Of a DNA stretch of 64,000 nucleotides, positions 58,126 to 64,000 are shown piece after piece. Origin of the DNA: Paludibacteraceae bacterium (GTDB lineage: Bacteria; Bacteroidota; Bacteroidia; Bacteroidales; UBA932); NCBI GenBank assembly GCA_963637465.1, contig CAVHNN010000002.1:22347-86346 (forward strand), read 5' to 3'. A program made the position numbers and the translations under genes. The notes below the pieces were generated by a model. The model did not search any database and had not been told where the DNA came from. It saw only the letters and a program-made list of their open reading frames with translations. Position 1 is the first letter of the stretch. The number at the start of each line of letters is the position of its first letter.

Positions 58126-58154
58126 CGCCAAATCTGAATATTGCATCAAAAATC

Positions 58155-59294
58155 ATGGACATCGCGACCTCGCTGTTCTTCACTTTGCTCAGAAGCGGCC
58201 TCTGGGGGACAGAGCCGGTTCCGCCCCGACTGTCGGAAAACGGACAATCCGGAGACGTGTCTCCCGAACTTGAAGTCTGGAAAAAGACCTTCCGCCTCGC
58301 GAAGGAACAGACCGTCATCGGACTCATCACCGATGGAGCCTCCAAGTGCCCGGCGGGATATGTCCCGAAGGACGTTTCCATCAGGCTGATGTCCGCCCTG
58401 ATAAACGTAGAGAAGCGCAACGCTTCGGTCAACGCTCTCATTTCCAGGATTATCCCCCTGTTCGATGAGGCAGGGGTACCTGTCATCCTCGTCAAAGGTC
58501 AGGCCGTGGCGCAGTGCTACTCCAGACCGGAGGGGAGGATGAGCGGAGACATCGACCTCATAGTGAGACCGAAGGACTACGAAGATGCCAAGGCGGTTCT
58601 CTCCGGAATAGCTGACAATGTTGACGGGGAGGGGCGCGACAAGCTTCACTTCGGAGCGATGATAGGCGATATCGAGGTCGAGCTTCACGGCACGGTCCAC
58701 ACCAGCCTCGGAGGCAGAATCAACGACGTGCTCGATTCGGCGCAGGAGGCGCTCTTCGAGCCGGGGGGCTGCCGCCAGCTCGACGTGAACGGTGTCCGGG
58801 TCCGCATCCCGTCGATAGATTTCGACGCCATGTTCATCTTCGTCCACCTCCTCCAGCACTTCTACTGCGGCGGCCTGGGGCTCAGGCAGCTGTGCGACTG
58901 GGCAAGGGTTCTTCACACCCACTGCGCCCGGATTGACCGGGAACTTCTCGCCTCAAGGCTCAGGCAGATGGGGATAGTCGGCGAATGGCAGGCGTTCCTC
59001 TCCTTCATCGTCAAATATCTCGCTCTTCCCAAGGAGGAGGCCCCGATGTATGACAGGAAATCGGAGAGCAAGGCCGACAAGCTCTGGAAATTCATAGAAA
59101 AGGTGGGCAATTTCGGCAAGAACCGCCGCCGGCGCAATCGCGGAAAAGATCCCTACGTCATCAGGAAGATCGGCTCGTTCCTTCTCAATTCGGGGGATTT
59201 TCTGCGCCATGTCGCGATTTTCCCGCTTGACTCGGTCAAGTTTTTCTGTAAATATTTCACCTCCGGCACAAGAGCGGTGATACGGGGCGAATGA
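58155..59294 (+). CDS. Nucleotidyltransferase family protein (NTP_transf_5-like)
   Basis: 379 aa from ATG 58155 (MDIATSLFFTLLRSGLWG). Pol-beta-type motif KGQAVAQCY...SGDIDLIV (GDID at 58545-58556). The track ORF start at 57534 is antisense to the nuclease gene and was rejected. Confidence 0.72.
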   Translation: MDIATSLFFTLLRSGLWGTEPVPPRLSENGQSGDVSPELEVWKKTFRLAKEQTVIGLITDGASKCPAGYVPKDVSIRLMSALINVEKRNASVNALISRIIPLFDEAGVPVILVKGQAVAQCYSRPEGRMSGDIDLIVRPKDYEDAKAVLSGIADNVDGEGRDKLHFGAMIGDIEVELHGTVHTSLGGRINDVLDSAQEALFEPGGCRQLDVNGVRVRIPSIDFDAMFIFVHLLQHFYCGGLGLRQLCDWARVLHTHCARIDRELLASRLRQMGIVGEWQAFLSFIVKYLALPKEEAPMYDRKSESKADKLWKFIEKVGNFGKNRRRRNRGKDPYVIRKIGSFLLNSGDFLRHVAIFPLDSVKFFCKYFTSGTRAVIRGE

Positions 59295-60196
59295 CAAACG
59301 ATAAAGAAATGACAAGACAATACTCTATAGCAGACCACCTTATCGAAATCTCGGCGCCGGACGGCTCCGTGCTCTGGGAAGTCTGCACCAACTACGCCCC
59401 GTTCGAGCTGGACGGGAAGGGCGCAGGGACGCAGGAGCCTCTCTGCCGCCTCGAAATCACGGATGAACTGGAAATCCCGGAAGTCACGCACGTATATACG
59501 TCGGCGGAAAAAGGTTTCCCGAGACTGGAAATCAGCCGTTTCGACGGAGGATGGACGGTGAAGATGGCTCCGAACATGGATGCTCCCGAGGCGGCGCTGC
59601 TCCTCTCCGACGAGAATTTCCACAACGTAAGGCTCCGGCTGCTCTCCGGGAGCGGCACGGCTATGCGTTTCGCGCTGGACAACTCCATGATGCTGGCGTT
59701 CGCCCTGGCATCCGCCCCGCTCGGGACTATGGAGATCCACTCATCTGTCACCGTATGCGATGGCCGCGGGTATTCGTTCCTCGGCAAGAGCGGCACCGGC
59801 AAGAGCACGCACAGCCGGCTCTGGAGGGAGAACATTCCAGGCAGCACCCTGCTCAACGATGACAATCCGGTGATCCGCATCAAGGACGGGCAGGCCCGGA
59901 TCTACGGCACCCCGTGGAGCGGCAAGACCCCATGCTACAAGGCTGAGAGCGTTCCGCTCGCGGCGGTAGTCCGCATACGCCAGTCCCCCGAAAACAAGAT
60001 ACGGCGCCTCTCCCCGATAGAGGCCTACGCCTCGCTGTATTCCTCCTGCTCGGCGTTCCGCGAGGTGAAGGGGACGTCCGACGGGATACACGACACTCTC
60101 AGCAGACTCGCCGCCCTCGTGCCGATGTACACGCTGGACTGCCGCCCGGACGCTGAGGCCGCCCTCCTGTGCCATTCAAGCGTAAGCGAGCGATGA
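59291..60196 (+). CDS. HprK-related serine kinase-like protein
   Basis: 301 aa with P-loop GKSGTGKST (59783-59809) embedded in an HPr-kinase C-terminal-like context (IHSSVTVCDGRGYSFLGKSGTGKSTHSRLW...NDDNPVI). ATGA overlap with the upstream gene. Confidence 0.68.
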   Translation: MTNDKEMTRQYSIADHLIEISAPDGSVLWEVCTNYAPFELDGKGAGTQEPLCRLEITDELEIPEVTHVYTSAEKGFPRLEISRFDGGWTVKMAPNMDAPEAALLLSDENFHNVRLRLLSGSGTAMRFALDNSMMLAFALASAPLGTMEIHSSVTVCDGRGYSFLGKSGTGKSTHSRLWRENIPGSTLLNDDNPVIRIKDGQARIYGTPWSGKTPCYKAESVPLAAVVRIRQSPENKIRRLSPIEAYASLYSSCSAFREVKGTSDGIHDTLSRLAALVPMYTLDCRPDAEAALLCHSSVSER

Positions 60197-60654
60197 CACG
60201 GCTCCTGCTCCCCAATGACATCCTGCTTTCGCAGGTGGAGGAGTTCCTGCGCGAAGGCCGCGAGGTGATACTCAGGGCAAGGGGCAACAGCATGCTCCCG
60301 TTCATCCGTGACGGGAGGGACAGCGTGGTTCTGCACAGCTGCGACGACCCGCAGGTCGGGGACATCGTGCTCGTGAAGCTTCCGGGGAGATATGTGATGC
60401 ACCGTATCATAAGGCATGACGGAGAGATTTATACGATGATGGGGGACGGCAACATACGGGGCACGGAGAGCTTCACGAGGGAGGACGTGCTCGGCAAGGT
60501 GACCGGAATCATACGGGGCGAAGGCAGGGAAATCAAGCCCGGAAAGGGCAGACTGTGGCACTTTCTGCTGCCCGTAAGGCGCTGGATTCTCGCCATCTAC
60601 AGAAGACTCCCGGCCCGGGGCGGGAAAGCTTCAAGGCTGAAAAAAAATAAATAA
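60193..60654 (+). CDS. Signal-peptidase-like serine protease (S24/S26 clan; SipW/Sec11-type Ser-His pattern), soluble
   Basis: GNSMLP (Ser codon 60289-60291), GDIVLVK, YVMHRII (His codon 60400-60402) and MGDGN line up with the S26B blocks GSMEP / THRI / GDNN. No N-terminal TM helix. ATGA overlap with the kinase gene. Confidence 0.68.
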   Translation: MTRLLLPNDILLSQVEEFLREGREVILRARGNSMLPFIRDGRDSVVLHSCDDPQVGDIVLVKLPGRYVMHRIIRHDGEIYTMMGDGNIRGTESFTREDVLGKVTGIIRGEGREIKPGKGRLWHFLLPVRRWILAIYRRLPARGGKASRLKKNK

Positions 60655-60665
60655 AGACAAATAAG

Positions 60666-60935
60666 ATGAAAATCAAGGAAGGATTCGTGCTCCGTTCGAT
60701 AGGAGACACTTACATGGTAATCGGAGAGGGCCTGGCCCAGATAGACTTCAACAAGATGGTATCCCTCAACTCCACGGCGGCCTATCTCTGGAACTCGCTT
60801 CTGGGCAAGGAGTTCAACAGAGGCGATGTACGCGACCTGCTGCTCGGGCAGTACGACGTGGACGAGAAGACGGCGCAGGCCGACGCCGACGCGCTCGTGG
60901 AGAAATGGCTCGAAGCGGGGCTTCTGACTGAGTAA
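60666..60935 (+). CDS. PqqD family protein (RiPP recognition element-like)
   Basis: 89 aa. The MVSLNSTAAYLWNSLLGKEFNRGDVRDLLLGQYDVDEKTAQADADALVEKWLEAGLL pattern is typical of PqqD/RRE winged-helix proteins. Confidence 0.75.
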   Translation: MKIKEGFVLRSIGDTYMVIGEGLAQIDFNKMVSLNSTAAYLWNSLLGKEFNRGDVRDLLLGQYDVDEKTAQADADALVEKWLEAGLLTE

Positions 60936-60937
60936 CG

Positions 60938-62572
60938 ATGCGGAGTCTGCGCAGCTGCCTCGGGGGTCTTCGCGGGATGTCCGGCCCTGCGAGGAAGTGG
61001 GCTCTCGCCTGCTTTCTGCTGGGATTGGTGCGGATAGCCGCCTCGCTCTCGTTCGTGTGGATCTGCAAAGAGCTCGTGGACGTGGCGACCGGGGTCTCCC
61101 CCGCCCCTCTTCCCGGCAGAATCGCGCTCATGGCCTGCATCATGGCCACTCAGATAGCGGCCAATCTCGCTTATTCATATTGTGAGAAATACGGCATCCT
61201 GCAAACTCAGAACACTTTGCGGGAGAGCCTTTTCGGGAATGTCCTCTCCTCTGAATGGACGGGGAGGGAGAGGTTCGGCAGCGGGGATGCCGTCAACCGG
61301 CTCGAAGAGGACATAAGGATAGTGTCGGAACTGCTGTGCCGCCATATCCCCGGCGCGGCGGTGACCTTGTGCCAGCTGGTCGCGGCATCGGCCTATCTGC
61401 TGATGATGGCTCCGGGCCTGCTCTGGGTGCTGCTCGTCCTGATGTGCGCGGCAATCGTGGGCTCGCGGCTGTTCTTCCTGAAGCTGCGCTCTCTGACCTC
61501 CGACATCCGCAGCCTCGACTCCGACATCCAGCAGCTGCTCCAGGAGAATCTTCAGAACCGCCTGCTGGCCCTCACCCTGATAGGGACGGCGAGGGTGCTC
61601 GCGTCGCTGGGCGGTCTCCAGTCCCGCCTCAAGAGCAAGACGAAGACCAGGCTGGGCTACCACACGGTCGCGCGCGGCATGATGTCCCTCGGGTTCATGG
61701 GCGGCTACGCGACGGCCTTCATCTGGGGAATACTCGGAATCCGGAGCGGTGCGGTCAGCTTCGGCATGATGACCGCGTTCCTGCAGCTCGTGGGACAGGT
61801 GCAGCGTCCGGTGGCCGACCTCGCAAGCGAACTCCCGGCATTCATCCACGCTCTGACCTCGATAGAGCGCCTCATGGAACTTGACAGCCTGCCCGCCGAG
61901 AAGGACGAGCAGAAGTGGACGGCAGCGCAGGAGGCCGGAGTGCGCTTCGAGAACGTGACCTTCGCCTATCCCGACATCTGCGGACGGAAAGTGCTGAAAG
62001 GGTTCTCGCACGACTTCCGCCCGGGAACCCTCACCGCCATCGCCGGACCTACGGGGGCCGGCAAGAGCACCCTTGTGAAACTCATCCTCGGCCTGCTCAA
62101 GCCCGAGAGCGGCACGGTCACGGTTTACGATGCCAGCTCCTGCCGTCCGGCAGGGGCCGGCACCCGGGGCAACTTCCGCTATGTCCCTCAGGGCAATACA
62201 CTTATGAGCGGCACCATACGGAGCAATCTGCTGCTCTCCGACCCTGCGGCATCCGAAGAGAAGATGAAAGAGGCCCTGCATATCGCGGCGGCCGATTTCG
62301 TGCTCGACCTGCCAGAGGGGCTGGACAGCCCGTGCGGAGAATCCGGCAGCGGACTGAGCGAAGGCCAGTGCCAGAGGATTGCCGTGGCGAGGGCCCTGCT
62401 CCAGAAGGGAAGCATCCTCCTGCTGGACGAGGCCACCTCATCTCTGGACCCCGACACGGAAAAGAAGATGCTCGCCAACCTGCGCTCCTACATGAAACGC
62501 GGATTCACGCTCATCTTCATCTCCCACAGGGAAGCCGTCACCGGCAGCGCCGATGACATCGTAAGCTTGTAA
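60938..62572 (+). CDS. ABC exporter, fused permease and ATPase
   Basis: 544 aa with about 6 TM helices, then Walker A GPTGAGKST, signature LSEGQCQRIAVARAL and Walker B LLLDEATS. Confidence 0.88.
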   Translation: MRSLRSCLGGLRGMSGPARKWALACFLLGLVRIAASLSFVWICKELVDVATGVSPAPLPGRIALMACIMATQIAANLAYSYCEKYGILQTQNTLRESLFGNVLSSEWTGRERFGSGDAVNRLEEDIRIVSELLCRHIPGAAVTLCQLVAASAYLLMMAPGLLWVLLVLMCAAIVGSRLFFLKLRSLTSDIRSLDSDIQQLLQENLQNRLLALTLIGTARVLASLGGLQSRLKSKTKTRLGYHTVARGMMSLGFMGGYATAFIWGILGIRSGAVSFGMMTAFLQLVGQVQRPVADLASELPAFIHALTSIERLMELDSLPAEKDEQKWTAAQEAGVRFENVTFAYPDICGRKVLKGFSHDFRPGTLTAIAGPTGAGKSTLVKLILGLLKPESGTVTVYDASSCRPAGAGTRGNFRYVPQGNTLMSGTIRSNLLLSDPAASEEKMKEALHIAAADFVLDLPEGLDSPCGESGSGLSEGQCQRIAVARALLQKGSILLLDEATSSLDPDTEKKMLANLRSYMKRGFTLIFISHREAVTGSADDIVSL

Positions 62573-62580
62573 ATTCCCCC

Positions 62581-63132
62581 TTACTTGCCCCCGAAGAACC
62601 TCTTGTACAGGCCCTTGAAGCCTGCTCCGTGACGGGCTTCGTCCTTGGCCATCTCGTGTACGGTGTCGTGGATGGCGTCGTAGCCCAGCATCTTGGCGCG
62701 GGTGGCGATGGCGAGCTTGCCCTCGCAGGCTCCGGCCTCGGCCTCAGCGCGTTTCTTGAGATTGGTCTTGGTGTCCCAGACGACCTCCCCGAGAAGCTCG
62801 GCGAATTTGGCGGCGTGCTCGGCCTCCTCGAAGGCATAACGCTTGAAGGCGTCGGCCACCTCCGGATAACCCTCGCGCTCGGCCTGACGGCTCATGGCGA
62901 GATACATCCCCACCTCCGTGCATTCGCCGTTGAAGTGGTCGTGAAGGCCCTGCATCACCTCGGCATCCTCCACCCGGCCGTCGCCCAGCTTGTGCTCACA
63001 GGCCCACTTGCCGTCTTCTTCCTTGACTTCCACGAACTTGTCCGCCTTGGCGTGACATACCGGGCACTCCGCAGGAGGGTTCTCCCCCTCGTGCACATAA
63101 CCGCAAACGCTGCATCTGAATTTCTTTGCCAT
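62581..63132 (-). CDS. Rubrerythrin with N-terminal rubredoxin-like domain (reverse rubrerythrin)
   Basis: 183 aa. CSVCGY...CPVCH at the N-terminus, followed by ferritin-like ExxH motifs (EEAEH, DEARH). Confidence 0.9.
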   Translation of the reverse strand: MAKKFRCSVCGYVHEGENPPAECPVCHAKADKFVEVKEEDGKWACEHKLGDGRVEDAEVMQGLHDHFNGECTEVGMYLAMSRQAEREGYPEVADAFKRYAFEEAEHAAKFAELLGEVVWDTKTNLKKRAEAEAGACEGKLAIATRAKMLGYDAIHDTVHEMAKDEARHGAGFKGLYKRFFGGK

Positions 63133-63252
63133 AGTTTTCTAATTTTGAATTATTCTAAATTGTAAAGGCAAAGATAAGAATAATTACATAAGTTGCAAGA
63201 ACATCTCGGAAAATAATCGTACCTTTACGAAGATAAAACTAAAACCATCTTT

Positions 63253-64000
63253 ATGACTAGACAAGTGATTACCACAATCTGCGCTTCGGCGCTTGCACTG
63301 ACCGCGTGCACCCGGTCCGCAGACAACACCCCGTCGGCCCCCGCACCACATCTCGAAAAGAGAGGCGAAGTGACTCAGCTCATCGTGAAAGGCGAGCCTT
63401 ATCTGGCTCTTTCCTGTGAACTTATGAACTCTTCATCCTCAAGCCGGGCATACATGGCTCCGCGCTGGGACGCTCTCAAGCAGGCCGGCATCAACACCGT
63501 CCTCGCCGTCGTCAGCTGGGAGCAGGTGGAGCCGCAGGAAGGCAAATTCGACTTCACCGTGGTGGATGACCTCATCGCCGACGCCAGGGCGCGCGAGATG
63601 AAACTCGTCCTCCTCTGGTTCGGAAGCTGGAAGAACGGCATAAGCAGCTACCACCCGACATGGGTCAAGAAGGACGCGCAGCGCTTCCCTTCAGCCCTTA
63701 CCAAGGACGGCAAGACGCTCCCTATACTCAGCACGCTCGGAGCCGCCACGGCGCAGGCCGACGGCAAGGCTTACGCCGCCATGATGCAGCACGTCAAGGA
63801 CATCGACTCCCGGGAGCAGACCGTGATAATGATTCAGATGGAGAACGAGGTGGGACTCCACGGCTACACCCGCGACTACTGCCCTGCCGCCAATGCGGCC
63901 ATCGCCGGAGCGGTGCCGCAGCAGCTCATGGACTATCTCGTAAAGCACAAGGACTCCCTCCTTCCGGAAACCCTCGCGGCATGGAAGAACAGCAATTTCA
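63253..64000 (+). CDS. Glycoside hydrolase lipoprotein (clan GH-A, GH35/GH42-like beta-galactosidase fold), 3' end outside the window
   Basis: Manual translation MTRQVITTICASALALTACT... then WEQVEPQEGKFDF...LLWFGSWKNG...IQMENEVG (catalytic NE). No stop before the window end. Confidence 0.65.
   Translation, partial: MTRQVITTICASALALTACTRSADNTPSAPAPHLEKRGEVTQLIVKGEPYLALSCELMNSSSSSRAYMAPRWDALKQAGINTVLAVVSWEQVEPQEGKFDFTVVDDLIADARAREMKLVLLWFGSWKNGISSYHPTWVKKDAQRFPSALTKDGKTLPILSTLGAATAQADGKAYAAMMQHVKDIDSREQTVIMIQMENEVGLHGYTRDYCPAANAAIAGAVPQQLMDYLVKHKDSLLPETLAAWKNSNF

Overview
This 64 kb window looks like chromosome from a high-G+C member of the Bacteroidota. The evidence is a SusC/SusD pair, many lipoprotein or signal-peptide genes, and repeated TAnnTTTG -7 promoter boxes. 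All protein calls come from reading the supplied translations for family motifs, since no database search was possible. Gene content in order: (1) a minus-strand purine operon purE-purL-purC-purM-purN-purH-purD (1-9096), transcribed divergently from a plus-strand pyrimidine operon pyrC-pyrK-pyrD-pyrE-pyrB (9230-13796). Its PyrB carries a C-terminal PyrI-type zinc domain. (2) Housekeeping genes: uvrB, rseP, dxr, two M23 peptidases, ruvX, def and a phosphohexomutase. (3) A GH43 gene, then a ~3.6 kb low-G+C island (24040-27630). The island holds a decayed AbiE-type toxin-antitoxin pair truncated by an IS66-family remnant, plus a lipoprotein and S8 subtilase pair. (4) SusC/SusD with a strong terminator, a short trigger factor, a 7TM-HD hydrolase, gyrB, and a beta-barrel plus TPR pair. 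(5) ftsE-like, nth, pgm, a methyltransferase, an S9 peptidase, a RecD-like helicase, TrkH preceded by a sensor-HAMP stub, a ROK regulator, an ABC-F protein, TerC and an S1/P1 nuclease. (6) The most unusual locus is a tightly coupled five-gene operon at 58155-62572. It encodes an NTP_transf_5 nucleotidyltransferase, an HprK-like kinase, a soluble Ser/His signal-peptidase homologue, a PqqD/RRE protein and an ABC exporter. It resembles a peptide-modification (RiPP-like) system but has no cyclase and no visible precursor gene. (7) Reverse rubrerythrin and a partial glycoside hydrolase close the window. Non-coding structure includes two ~96% identical 164 bp elements with terminal inverted repeats, each inserted in the leader of a secreted-protein gene. 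There are also twin identical-stem hairpins and a densely structured 278 bp divergent intergenic region. I found no rRNA, tRNA or CRISPR array.
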